Positions 29,666-44,289 of a DNA stretch of 64,000 bases are shown piece after piece. The notes beneath the pieces are model-generated. The model was not told the origin of the DNA and made no database searches. It saw only the letters and a list, made by a program, of their open reading frames with translations. The stretch spans positions 3,658,001 to 3,722,000 of the forward strand of contig CM022674.1 in the NCBI GenBank assembly GCA_012295275.1, in the 5' to 3' direction. Position numbers and translations under genes: made by a program. Position 1 is the stretch's first letter. Each line of letters opens with the position of its first letter. The DNA is from Chrysomallon squamiferum (taxonomy: Eukaryota; Animalia; Mollusca).

Positions 29666-29947
29666 CATCATCATCATCATCATCATCATAATTATAACAA
29701 TGATAGTTCTAAGGCGAATTTTACCTTTTAAAACCGTCAATTTGTTCGGCGAAATTTGCATTTCAAAACACCAGTTTTCAGACGTTAAAATTAATTAAAC
29801 TTTCTGATCCCAAGAACTCTCAGAGATTTTCGGTGAATATTGCTGCTTTTCTCTAAAATCATAAAATCCGCGTATAGGAAATATCACAGAGGATTTGTAG
29901 CTGAAAAACATAAATAGCTGACAGTGGAAGAAACAAAAATATTTTTA

Positions 29948-29980
<33 letters not shown>

Positions 29981-30032
29981 AAGTAATAAATAAAAATTTA
30001 CGGTAGGTGATTTGTTTCTTCTTCTTCTTAAA

Positions 30033-30094
<62 letters not shown>

Positions 30095-30417
30095 CATCAT
30101 CATAATCATATTCATTATTGTTGTTACTATTATTCTTATTATCATCATATTCATTATTTCTATTATTATTCTATCATTCTCATCATATTCATTTTTGTTG
30201 TTATTATTATTGTTTTCATATTATTATTATTGTTGTTGTTGTAATCATCATATTCATTATTGTTGTTATTGTTATTATTGTCATAAATCATATTCATATT
30301 GTTATTATTATTATTATTTTCATCTTCATTATATTCATTATTATTATTGTTATTTTTTTGTTGTTATTATTAATATTATTATTATTATCATCATCATCAT
30401 GTTTATTATTATTGTTA

Positions 30418-30524
<107 letters not shown>

Positions 30525-31171
30525 GTTGGAGGTGGTGGCGGTGGTTTTAATAGAAGTAGTAATAGTTGTAACAGTAGTTGTAGTAGTTTTAGAAGCAGTT
30601 ATAGTAGTAGAACTAGTAGAAGTAGCAGCATCAGCAATAATAGTAGTTTTGTTGTTATCATTGGTTGTAATAGTAGTAATAGTTTGCTTATTGTTATTAT
30701 TTCATGATTTTTATTCCTGTTCTTATTACATAAATATTTACAAATGTTTCTCAAACCATGTAAAAACCCAGTTAATCCACAGAAATCAATTGGCAATAAA
30801 TAAATATATATATATATATATAACAAAACAAAAAACTCCAATAAATGTACATTATAAATGACATTACTGTATATTAGTTGATGACGTCATAATGGCATGA
30901 CGTTTAACCCGAAAGCACAGAGATACCGTTATGGACATTGTATTAATTGTAGCAGACGTATTTGTATTGTTCTTGCTGTAAAAAAAACCTTTTTATTTGT
31001 TGTTTTCATTTCAAAATGTATTTCTTCTTTTTTTTTTTTCTTCTTCTTCAGCAGTATATGTTAAAATTACGAAAAAGTGAATCGTTTTTTAATATAAAAA
31101 ATAATTATTTTAAAATTAATGTTTTTACCATTGCCAAAATCATTAAAATGTTATTTATTTATTTATTTATT

Positions 31172-31203
<32 letters not shown>

Positions 31204-32461
31204 TTAAAATGAATTAATTTTATTTTAGTTTTTACGATCGATTTATTGTTTGCAATCTTCTTTTCATCTTTCAAGTCGGTTGACAAATAATTTATTTTGA
31301 CGCGAAATGTCACGCGCACAGCAGGACGTTACGTAAGATCTATTTTTAATTTTGATAGCGAACCATTCATTTGAACACAAAGACTGAACCGGAAATTCCA
31401 GAGATATTTCTTGAATGTTTTTTTTTTTTTTTTTTTTTTTTTTTCACAGTCGCTTTGGGCGGGTAGGTGTGGTTGCTCCTGTTATCTGTCCCTCCTCTTT
31501 TTATTTATAACTGAAACCATGGATTCCTTCCTTTAATCGTTTCTATGATTGTTATAAATTACAAGAAATCGCATTCTTGATAGATAACAAGAATGGCCTT
31601 GAAAGGCAAGTAATGCTGAAGACGATGATATAAACATTATAAGATTTGATAGTAACTTATTTAAAGTTATTATATATATATATGTGTGTGTTTATATTTA
31701 AACAGACAGACACATACACACACACACACATTATTTATATATATATAAAATCGAACCGTCTTTCCCTCCATTTGAAATGAAATTTAAAATTCAGCAGTAA
31801 TTGTAGTTGTAATATTAGCAGCAGCAGCAGTAGTAGTAGAACTAGTAATGGCAGTAGTAGTAGTAGTAGTAGTAGTCACAGTGGTAGAAGTAGAACTGGT
31901 AACAGTAGCAGTCACCGTGAAGGAGGTTGTTGTATGTAATACATGCTAAAAATATTAAATTTTATCTTTATCTTTGATTTAGTCGTAATAACTGATGACT
32001 TATCAACAAAATGGGTTTTTTAAAAAAAAAAAAAAAAAAAGGGGGGAAAACCCATCATATATCATGAATACATATACCATATATAAAAACGATAAAAGAC
32101 AAGTCAGCAATACCTGCACACAGATAAATTCAAGAGGGTGCGCCCGTCCCCCCCGTCCCCAAACATAAATCCGCATATAGAAAAAACCTCTCATAAGTTT
32201 TATGGTTTTCCTTGAAATTTGATTTCGCCTTGACCTTTCATCGTCTTCTCACAAACAACTACGTCGACACTTTATATTTAGAAATGACTAATATTCTTCT
32301 CCGAAAGCTGGGAATAGACCAAGCTACATAGACACACATACACACCTTCTTTCGTGATAGCTAGCTGAAGAAGAGAACGTGCTAGGTCATGCTATCTTTT
32401 TTTTTTTTTTATTTTCATTGAAGTGACGTCACGGTATTGTTTTTAATTGTTGTTTATTTTT

Positions 32462-32528
<67 letters not shown>

Positions 32529-32621
32529 GCCTTAACGTTCGTCTCTTTCTTAATAAACAAAGAGAAAACGAGCGTGTATGGGTATATGTGTGTGTGTGTA
32601 TGTGTATGTATATATATATAT

Positions 32622-32654
<33 letters not shown>

Positions 32655-34391
32655 TACAAAGACAGGCAGACATATATCTATAGACAGAAAGATCGACGAA
32701 TAGATAGATATACAGACAGTCACATATGCAGATATTTGGACACGTATTTCTCCTTCCCTCTTATTTCCCCACCCATCTCTCTCTCTGTGTATTCTCTACC
32801 CATCCTTCTATATATGTTTTTTTGATTTTCTTTCTTTCAGATTTCCTCGTCATCTTTGTGTTGGAAACGAGCACGGCTAAAAACCACAGAAATAGCTGAA
32901 CGATGAGATAGCTATGACTAATAGCGAGCAAGGAGAAGAAGAAATATTTAGGAAAAGTAAAATTCCATCTACATACTTTGTGTATGTCTTCGTTGTTGGT
33001 AGAGAGAGAGAGAGAGAGAGATCAACGGTATACTGTTGTTTGTTGGTTCGACTCTGCAGAGTGGAAGCTTTGTTTTTTGGTATGATTTTTGTTATTTTAT
33101 TTGTTTGTTTGTTTTATTTTTTATTATTATTCTTTTTTTTTTTTTTTTTTTTTTTCAGTGTTTATTTTAAAAAGATTCGTTATATATTTTTTTTCTATTT
33201 TATTTTATATCATTTTAGGTGATTTGATTTCATCTCTTTATTTTATTTTATTTTATTTTAATTTATTTTATTCTTTTTTTTTATTATTACATTTTGTTTG
33301 TATTGTTTATTTTCTGGGTTTTTTTTTTGTTTTTGTTTTGTTTTTTAGATGTGTTTTGTGTTGGTTATTTTTTATTTTTTTTGTATAATAATTTAAATAG
33401 TAGTAATAACAAATGTAATATACATGCATGCATAGATACATACATACATACATACATACATACATACATACATACATACATAGCCACACAACCAAGTGTA
33501 TGCATGTTTATGCATATTTATATGTGTTTGTTTCTGTTATGTAAACTTAACCTATTTATGTTTCGAGCATATGTTTATTTTTATATATATATATATATAT
33601 ACACACATAGATTATAGATACTGACATACCTAAAATATGCTTACAAAAGCTGTATCTTAAAAGCCTCATTATTATTATTATTAGTGTAGCAGTTTTATCA
33701 TGTTTTTCTTGTGAGTGAAAAAAAAAAAGATTCGAAACTCAACGCATATCAGTTTTTATAGCCTGACAAGAATTAAATAAAAAGTGCCTGATTGTATATG
33801 TATAACTTGCTAAAAAAAAAAACTAACAAATCAAATCGTACCCAGGCTAAACAGAATTACTAAATAGGACTTGCGGTTTTGGCATGGGCGCAGGTTACCC
33901 ATCCCAAAATTCCATATTTGGCAGCTACGACCAATAGTATTTGAGCAACAGCCGCAGCAACCAATGAAAAAAAAATGGAGCATTTGAAAACGAGGCTGCC
34001 TTACGCGAAGTCTTTTGTTGGACGAAATGAGTACGAACTCGCTTCATCCTTTTGTATAGAAATTTTGTTTTTGCACTTTTGGATCTGGGATGGTCATTTT
34101 TCCTCTCGCGCGCTCTTTGTCCGAGAACGGTGCACGTGTAATAAATGCACCAGCTGCTGTTTTATTATTATATTGTTTTTTTTTTTTAAAATTTAATCCA
34201 ATTTCACTGAACCAATAGTTACGAAGTATCAGTAATGACCCGCGCCATCTTGAAATCTCATTGGAAAACAAGATTTAAAAAAAAGAAAACGAGAAGAAGA
34301 AAAAGATTATGTACAGCGGAAGTGACGTAGGGACGCCGATCTTTGAAACGGAGGAGATATAAAAAGCAGACGACGTCCGGAGACAACGATG

Positions 34392-34450
34392 TGCCCTATC
34401 CGTCAGGAACTGTGACGTTGTTCACACACAGTATCTGCGGATAGAGTATC
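34392..34450 (+). ncRNA. mir-1984: pre-miRNA mir-1984; mature 5p UGCCCUAUCCGUCAGGAACUGUG at 34392-34414, predicted star 34429-34450
   Basis: The 23-mer matches the mollusc miR-1984 mature sequence as I recall it. Hand-folding gives about 20 bp with 2 mismatches and 1 bulge, a 12-nt loop and 2-nt 3' overhangs. Apical UGUG and a CNNC motif (CAAC 34466-34469) about 16 nt downstream are present. Confidence 0.92.
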
Positions 34451-35454
34451 AACGAGGTCTTTATGCAACTACCGCTACAACGTTTGCCTAATGGGAAAGC
34501 AAGAAAAAACGCAGAAAACAATGGCGATAGAGGTAAGACCAATTTTTTCATTTATCCATTCCGATTTGTGAATTTTATATCTGGAGCGGGCAATGGCAGC
34601 GAGGTGTTACGTCTTCATCGACTACAACAACTCATAATGGACGACAGTCGGAAGGTCACAGAAGGTGAAAAAGGTGAGAAAATATTTTTTTTTATATTTG
34701 TATGTAACCCTCTTTATATTATGTCTCCGTGAATACAACGATGCTAGCAAGATTTTTATTACCTGGTTGCTGCTGTTACTACTACTACTACTACAACCAT
34801 TGCAGCTGATACTACTACTACTACTACTACCACTGGTACAATTGCTGCACCTATTGCTAGTACTAAATTTAATGCTAAATTTAAAAGCAAAATGATAAAA
34901 GAAATGGTTTAGTGGCTGGAAAAAAACGTAATATTGATGCATACCCTTGTTAATGTTTGTCCTTTGAAAATATAAATCTACAGCTACTACAACAACATAA
35001 ACCAAGATGACAAAGTGTATAAAATAAGTCGCAACAAGAATTATTCATGCAAATAGTGACTTTTATTTAAAAAAAATTCTGTTTATATACTTTTATTCCC
35101 AATATTTTATTATTATAATCTTTTAAGCATTATATGTACATAACAGTGTATTTTTAGAAAGGTACAAATTAATCATTTGCTTCTCCAAATTTAAAATAAT
35201 TATTTTAAAAATAACCATAAAAGATGTATTGTTAAAAAATTATTTCTATGCGCCTTAATATAACATTCTTTCCATTGTATTTTATATATATATATATTGT
35301 TGGTATTATAAATTTATTAAATTTGCACAACATAATAATTCTTATTATGCAAAAACAAAATATAGTTAATTTAAATAATTTTCAGATACTAACTAAACTG
35401 GATATATTTATTTTTCTTTTGCAAAATATATTTTCTTCTTCTTTTTCCTCTTCA

Positions 35455-35506
<52 letters not shown>

Positions 35507-35803
35507 GTACAGTTTTCAAGTTTATCTCATTGAAAATAATGAAATTATAAATTGCAACATATAATTCTATCAGTTAACAAGTACACTTTATGAGATTATT
35601 TTCTTGTTCTTTTTATTTTATTATATTTTATTTTATTTTATTTTATTTTATTTTATTTTATTTTTTTATTTTATTTTATTTTATTTTATTTTATTTTATT
35701 TTTATTTTATTTATTTATCTAAATAGGCTATAGGAGCGTTTTTAAAAGATTATAAAATGAATTAAATTTTGTTTCTATCATTAAATTTTGTTTTAATTTT
35801 GTT

Positions 35804-35839
<36 letters not shown>

Positions 35840-36779
35840 ATAATCGGTTTTGTTTAAAAAAAAAACAGTAGACAAATAAATAAATGAAGTGGCTGTAGTT
35901 GTAGTAGTGGTGGTCGTAGTATAGCAGTAATAGTTGTTAATTCAGAATATCTCATTCTAAACAAGCAAAACTGGTATTAAAAACAATCCGTGCCAATTTA
36001 TTCATTTAAATTTAAAAAATTGTTTATTTGTTTAATATAAAAATTTGAATATTGTAGAAATAATAATATAAATATAAAAATTTAAAAAAAACCCCATATT
36101 TTTAGAAGATTATCATTTTAAAATGTTTTACAGCTTTTAATAAAAAAAATCGTAACAAACTATTTAACATATAAAATTGGTAATATTTTAATATTCAAAA
36201 CATTTCTCAACAATAATATATATTCATTTCAAAAAAATATATTATATTCCCGCGTCAGTAATATTTTTTTATCCGCAATATCTGGCTAATATTTATTACT
36301 ACTACTACTACATATTATTATTACTACAATAGCAATTGTTCTACTATAATATTAGTTCATAAAACTGGTATAATTTTCTTTTTATATAATAATTAAATAT
36401 TTCAGCTAAATAATATAATTTTTCCAGTAAATTCAACACTAATAGAAACTGTTTATTGCATTAATAAATAACTAAACAACAGCAACAGCAGCAACAACAA
36501 CAACAACAACAACAACAGCAAGAAAAATAAAATAAATAATAAATAATAATAATAATAAAAGATTCGTTTTTCGTATAACAATCGCGTTAAGAAATCAAAA
36601 TATAGAATATTTTTAACTTTAATTCGGTTATTTCTGATACAGTTAAAATGTAAAACATTTCAGTTTAATTGCTAGCAGCAGTTTAAATATAGGAAAATAT
36701 TTTAATCAAAATTGAATAAAATAATTTTAAAGTTTTAGGTCTCATTTTTATGTCAGGTCAAGCTTATTACTTCTTCTTC

Positions 36780-36854
<75 letters not shown>

Positions 36855-38655
36855 GTTTTCTTAATACAATATTATTTCTTAAAAATCAAATACATCAGAT
36901 AATCTAATAATTTATTTTCAACTTAACATTAAAAAGACATATTTATTTCAAATAACAATAATAATATTAATGATAATCAAAACAGTAATAATAATAAATA
37001 AATAAATAAATAAAAAGAAATAATATTCACTTTTAAAACAAAGAATTACAATTAAATTTAATGTTTCTTTCACCATTATAAGGTCATAAACATCATTTTC
37101 ACATATTTTAATTTCTAAGTTTAGTTTTAATGCAGAAAAATGATTTGCGTAAAATTATTTTAATATTTTAGAACTGATATTTGCTAGAAAATTATTAGGA
37201 TTATTAACTATTAACACTACTACTTCTACTACTACTATAAGTGTTGATATTTTTATTAAGATAACCACTTCTACCAATTCTGCTACTATTATTATTACTA
37301 CTTCTAGTACTACTGCTACTACTGCTATTGATTTTTTATTATTATTACTTATTTACTTACTTACTTATTACTTACCATTTCTTTTATTATCATCATCATC
37401 ACTGTAATTATCATTACTACTACTACTACAGCTTTTGCTACTACTACTGTTATTTTATAATTGTTGTTACTACTTCTAACATTACTACTAATAATTTAGT
37501 ATTAATTTGTTGTTGTTGTTGTTGTGTTGTTGTATACTATTACAAAAAAAAATTAACCGACTTACGTAAAATGAGAGAGAGGAATCAAAAATAACCTAAA
37601 AGTAAAATATTTAAAGATATATATATATAGATATAGATATAGATATATATAGATATATATATAGATATAGATATAGATATATATAGATATATATATATAT
37701 ATACATATATAATCTTTCTCATATGTCAGACATATTTGTTTTAAATATATCGATTTGGAACTAAAAGGGTTTCTTATGGTAACTAAATAATTTGTCAAAA
37801 ATATATTCTGTTACTGAGGTTTCAACCTAGATTCAAATAAACGTAGTAAAATGTAATCTTTATCAAACAACGAATGGCATAGCACGCTAGAAATGAAATT
37901 GTAAATTTAATAAAACTGTAGTAATAACGAATAACACGGTTTTTTTTTTTTTTACAAAAATTTAATATATATATATATATATATATTGTGTATTACACTG
38001 CTAGAATGTTAATTTAACACTTTTTGTTTTACAAATATTTATATATATATATTGTGTATTATACTGTTAGAATGTTAGTGTTAATTTAACAGTATTAGCG
38101 TACCTTTATAATTATCTATAGTTAGTAATAGTCGATAAAGAGATTCGATCTCTGAATCAATCATTCTGATATATCTACTGTTCTACTAGAGTTAGTTTGG
38201 AGGGAAATGTCTGTATATATACATATATATATATAATTATATATCTCTATCTATTCACGATATTATGTGTGTGCTCTATACACTGAAAATGTAATTTTGT
38301 TGTCCTGATCATTTTAACACGTCAGATAAATTCTTTTGCACTGATTACTGAGTGTCGCAATGTCGTGCTTTAACACATATGTGTGTATGAATGTGTGTGT
38401 GTGTAAATATATATATATATATATAGGTGCACTTCTCATTAAGTGTCTCAGTCAATATTTCGATATTAATAGTGTTTGGGTGTGTCGAGTTTGTCTATAT
38501 TATACAAACATGTATTCATTGTTGTTGTTAATCTACTGTGCAGAATGTTTCCTATGTCTATATATATATATATATATATATGTATACCTGTGTATGTAGA
38601 CAGAGATCAATATGGAGAATAGTTTATGTACGTATATATAAACTGGTAAACACAT

Positions 38656-38698
<43 letters not shown>

Positions 38699-39577
38699 CG
38701 TCGTAGTTTATATTTGTTCGTAACTATCCTTCTGAATGCGTATTTGTAAAACTGAAAACCTTACTACAATCACCGTCTAACACACCCAAATACCGCTAAA
38801 TGTAACTAACACAAAATCTATTATTACGAGTCCGAATTACTTGACAATAGAACATACCTATAACCCGCCTACACTTCGAAACAGAGATTAAAAAATAACT
38901 TGTTTTTTTTTTTCATTCACCTTTTTCATTTTTTCATTTTTTTTTTTTTTTTTTGACCGATTTGATCGACCAGGTCACCTCTCCCCCCCCTTAATGAATT
39001 TTAATGATTTTTTTTTTGTTTTTTTTTTGAACTTATGAATGGAAATCTGATGCGCATATTCTTATTCTTTTTTTTTTTTTTACAGCGTAGGTTTACACAA
39101 AAACAGTTTAACACTCATAATACGCCTACTTTTAACGTAATACAGTCATTTTATATCCTGTCACACAGACATACCTCAACGTTGTTTAAAAAAAAAAAAA
39201 ATGAAAAAAGAAAAAAAATCAAAATCAAAATAAAAAGCTTTTCTTGTTTAACAAAAGCTAATCGCTAAGCATTGATTGGTAAAGTTAACAGCAGGAAAGT
39301 CTTTTTCTTTCTTTCTTTTTTTTTATTTTTTTTTTTTTTTTTTTTTTGACGTAAATCGATTTTGTGTATGTAGTCTGTAAATAGAGATAAAGAAAGAGCG
39401 GTTGGGGTGGGGGGGTGGGGGTGGGAGTGCTTGGGGGGGTAGAAATGAGTGGATTTTATTAATGTGTGTCACCGGGAGTAAACAAAATACTCGCGTTCAA
39501 CGTAGATTAACTATTGAATAAATAGCTAGAACGATTGTAGCCATGGACAGATAGATAGATTAGATACAGAAGAATCT

Positions 39578-39628
<51 letters not shown>

Positions 39629-39690
39629 GATATATATAGATATCTAAATAACATAGAGATACGTAGATACGTATATATGTGTATGCAGAT

Positions 39691-39762
<72 letters not shown>

Positions 39763-39766
<4 letters not shown>

Positions 39767-40074
39767 TTATCTCAGATACCGATATATCGATGCTTGTATA
39801 TGGATAGATAAATACATGTAATTATGCATACATACACAATAAAAGCACAGACGTGTATATATATATATATATATATATATGACACACACAAACACATACA
39901 TATATAAAGTATACACACACATATATATTATTTATCTGAGATAGTGATAGATGGATGCTTGTATATAGATAGATATATACATGTAGTTATCCATATAATT
40001 ATCCATAACACAATACAAGCACAGACCTATATATATATATGAGACACTCACAAACACATACATATATAAGTATA
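39763..40074. repeat. Two-copy tandem duplication (about 160 bp)
   Basis: ttatttatct.agata...gatgcttgtata...tacatgta.ttat...acacaata.aagcacagac...acaaacacatacatatataa(a)gtatac occurs twice. Confidence 0.8.
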
Positions 40075-40939
40075 CGTACATATCAACGTACACTATCTTT
40101 TAAAAGTATTCTATTTTTATCCTTCCTTCCTTCCTTCCTTCTTCCTTCTTCCTTTCACCGATTTTCTATGATTTTGTTTCTTCTTTATTTTTTTAAATTT
40201 TCAGTTAAAAACAATGTTATATTATTTTCCTTTTTCCTTCCTATTTTACTTGATATTATTTAATCTAATCTATTATTATTCTGTTATTTTTCTTCTCTTT
40301 TTTTTCTTATAATTACAAATTTTTGTTCATCAGAATTAGACACATGAATTAAAAAAAATAAAAAAAAATGTTGAAAATTAAATTTTGAGTGAAAAATCAA
40401 GTTCGAAGTCATTTAGGTTTGATGGGCATGCTGTTGAAGTTGACGTTTTCATTCATCCGTGTCATTTTTCATAATTATTATTACTGCTCTAGTTTTCTAA
40501 GTGCAGAATAATTTTAAATAATCCTTAATTATTATTATTAATTTTTTTTTATTTTTTAAAGTGCACTGAAATGACCGGGAAGGGAGAGTCAGGGCGTGGT
40601 CAAGGGATGGAGAAACAAGTGCAGGGGGAGGGGCATATGTTCGATCAAAATCACACATGTTATAAAAAGTGAACTTATTAACTTGTGGCTTTTTTTTTTT
40701 TTACTTTTAAAAATCAGTTTTTTTTTTTTTTTTTTTTTTATTTGTTAGAATCGATTTTTCTAATATAATACAAAGCTGTTTTTAATTATTAGTAGTAGTA
40801 GTACTAGTATCTTTTGTTTTTGTCCAGCGGTAACAGCATGTGAATATTGTAAAACTGTTTTCGAAGTAGTATCCTATGTTTGCGTGTTTATGTCTGTATA
40901 TGTGAATGTATATATTATGTAGGTACGATGTGTGTGTAT

Positions 40940-41013
40940 ATCTCTCTCTCTCTCTCTCTGTCTGTATATATATATATTTTCTTTATATATGTATTTATAT
41001 GTATATGTATGTG

Positions 41014-41061
<48 letters not shown>

Positions 41062-41341
41062 TTATTTATACACACACACGTACACACATATTGTCTATTT
41101 TCTCAGTATATGTATTTATATATATATAGATATGTGTGTATATATCTCTCTTTCTCTCTGTATGTATATATATATATATACACACAGACACACACACACA
41201 CACATTCTATTTTCTCTGATTATGTATTTACATATACACATATCTATATATATATATACACACACACACATACATTGTCTGTTTTCTCTGTATATGTCTT
41301 TACGCACACATAAACATAACACTCGCTCACACAAACACACA

Positions 41342-41386
<45 letters not shown>

Positions 41387-41545
41387 ACATACACACACAA
41401 ACACACACAGACACACACACACAAACACACAGACACACACACAAACACACACACACACAGACACACACACACACACACAGACACACAAACACACACACAG
41501 ACACGCACACACACAAACACACAGACACACACACAGACACGCACA
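40940..41545. repeat. Compound (TC)/(TA)/(CA)n microsatellite field
   Basis: Direct reading. Confidence 0.95.
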
Positions 41546-41771
41546 AAAGCGCTAGCGGTAACTGAGTGCGACGCGATCTCGCTGTGTTTCGTGTACGAGC
41601 CCCCTGCTGTTAACTCGGCTTACAAACAGCCCATCCTCCAAGCCAGCCCCAGCCAGCTCTCTTTATCCGACAGCTAAAACTTGAAACCAGAAGCTTAAAT
41701 AAAAAAAATTTTAAAAAATTTAAAATTTATAGGTTACTTGGGACATAAGGAAGGAAAGAAAACCGCACCCA

Positions 41772-41816
<45 letters not shown>

Positions 41817-42315
41817 TATCGTCCGCTAACCAACAACGGATTACGAAATAAGCCGATTTAATCAAATGACCGACGCATTTATAAACGGGTGTGGGGGGAT
41901 TGTTGGGGAGTGTGAGGGGGAGGGAATACAAAGTGAGGGAGTGACAAGAAAAAAAAAAAAAGAAATAATAATTAGATTAAAAATGTTGGGTTTTTTTTTT
42001 TTTTTTTTTTTTTTGTGGGTGGACTGTTAAGGCTTATTTGCCATGGCACGTGCAGTTAAATCATGCATATTAATGATTCAGAGTAAATCATTTATTTAAT
42101 ATCTCTACAAACAGTCGTAGGTTGTGGATCGTTGGCGGAGAGTGGGGAACACAGGACAGGAAAATAACACAGCATGCGTGTATAGGTAATTTTGTGTTTT
42201 TAACGTTTTTATATTCGACGTAGCTTTCCTTTGTATATGTACGCTTATATATATATGTGTATGTATCTGTGTGTGTGTGTGTGTGTGTGTGCATGTGTAT
42301 ATGTATGTATTTGTG

Positions 42316-42346
<31 letters not shown>

Positions 42347-42434
42347 AGATACAGATTATTTCTATGTTGTATTTATGTATAGATATAGTCATGCATGTAT
42401 ATTTACAGCTATATGTTTAATTATTATTCTTCTT

Positions 42435-42515
<81 letters not shown>

Positions 42516-42906
42516 GTCATAAAATATCACTCGTTTATGTACTTCACATATAACTTAATATGTACCCAGACAAATATTTCACAAAACTCTTAAAATATGA
42601 CTGAAATTTACATGCATATATATTAATCGCTTCCGTGTCTGTTTCTGTACAGTATTAAGAAAAAAAAAAAAAACAGGGATAAAAAGAGAATAATTTTGAT
42701 TTGTTAACGAATTATAACTGGTTAATAACGAAGAAACTGTTAACATAATCTTATTAAAATGTTTAGTTCACAGCAAGTTCGGGCGTGAAATGTACAACAA
42801 CGCTGTCATAGACGGAGGAAATCTGTGTATATTTCATTACCTACTAGCTGTCGATTTCTCTCTTCCTTTTTCCTGGCTTTATAAAAAAAAAAAAAAAAAA
42901 ATTTAG

Positions 42907-42987
42907 TATATAAATATGCGTGGATGAGCAGACATTTATCATTCTCTAGCGATCTGTCAAATGATGTGGATGTTTGAAAGGTTTTAG
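42907..42987 (+). promoter_or_regulatory. Candidate TATA + Inr core promoter and 47-nt non-coding exon upstream of mir-1985
   Basis: TATATAAA 42907-42914; Inr TCATTC with A at 42941 (32 nt from TATAAA); TAG|GTAAGT donor at 42988. Confidence 0.5.
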
Positions 42988-43411
42988 GTAAGTTGAGATT
43001 TTGTTTACTGTTAATTATAGTAAAATGTTGTCGTAGTTGTTGCTGTGTTTATGATTCTCAGCGAATGATTAGTAGTAGTGGTGCAGCAGAGATATTGTAG
43101 TAGTGGTGGTAGTGATAGTCGTGGTAGTTGTAGTAGCTGTAATAATAATATTAATAATAGAAGCGGTATTATGATATATATTCGTCACTGACGTGGTAAT
43201 AGTAGTCGTAGTAGTAGTAGTAGTAAAAATAATACCCGTGGTAGTAGTAATAGTAGTAGTTGTAGCAGCTGTAACAATAGTATTTTCAGTATAGTAATAA
43301 TTGTTTGTTCACGATAAGAAATTTTTGTAAATTTTTTTTTAAATTCCATTTAAAGACTATATATATATTATTATTACCTGGGTTTTTATTATTATTATTA
43401 TTATTTTATTT

Positions 43412-43478
<67 letters not shown>

Positions 43479-43658
43479 ATGCATCTTCTTCTATCTTTAT
43501 TACTAATAATTTATGTAACCTAATAAAAAAAAAAAAAAAAAAAGAAGAATTGAAAGGACAGTTTCGATTACCAGATTCGATCCCAGAACGTCTTTCATCA
43601 ACCCAAAGCCGTTTATTGATACGTTTCATATCCGTCTAACGGGATTTGGATAATAACG

Positions 43659-43822
43659 TGACGTCAGCTGTGTTCTAGTAACAAGATTAACGACGCTGTG
43701 ACGTCAAAATGAAGAATTTCTGTGGAGTGCCATGCCATTTTTATCAGTCACTGTGTGCTTATGACGTCACAGTGACGATAACAATGGACTGCTAAACCAC
43801 TAAATCCGCAATGATGACGTCA
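43659..43822. promoter_or_regulatory. Cluster of four perfect CRE palindromes (TGACGTCA)
   Basis: At 43659, 43699, 43762 (in the mir-1985 loop) and 43815. Sequence is certain; function is inferred. Confidence 0.5.
43733..43791 (+). ncRNA. mir-1985: pre-miRNA mir-1985 (MIR-1984 family paralog); mature 5p UGCCAUUUUUAUCAGUCACUGUG at 43733-43755, star about 43770-43791
   Basis: Matches mollusc miR-1985 as recalled. The 5p arm pairs with CACAGUGACGAUAACAAUGG around a 12-nt loop. Basal gtgg/ccac pairing, apical UGUG and CNNC (CCGC 43806-43809) are present. Confidence 0.92.
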
Positions 43823-44222
43823 GAGAGAAACATCTGGTAAAGAGCAGGTTTCAAGGTGTTGTATTCGAATTGCTAATAATTATGCATTTTATTTTTCATG
43901 AATCGAGAACCATTAACCTTATTGTTTATGAATTATTAATGGAGGAATAATAAAAATAAATTAATTAATAAACACAGTTTGTTGTTATCATTTTAAAAAA
44001 AAAATCATTTCTCTATAATTCATTTACATATATATATATATATACAAGAGAGAGACACGCACGCACGCACGCACACAAAAGACATAAAATGTTTTTATCT
44101 CTTCACTTAGGAACAGAAAGCCTCTGAATGTCTGTATGACCGTCCATTCATCTCTCTTTGTGTGTGTATGCAGGTATTTATGTATAGATGGACAGACAGA
44201 CAGATAGATAGAAGGAAGAGAG

Positions 44223-44289
<67 letters not shown>

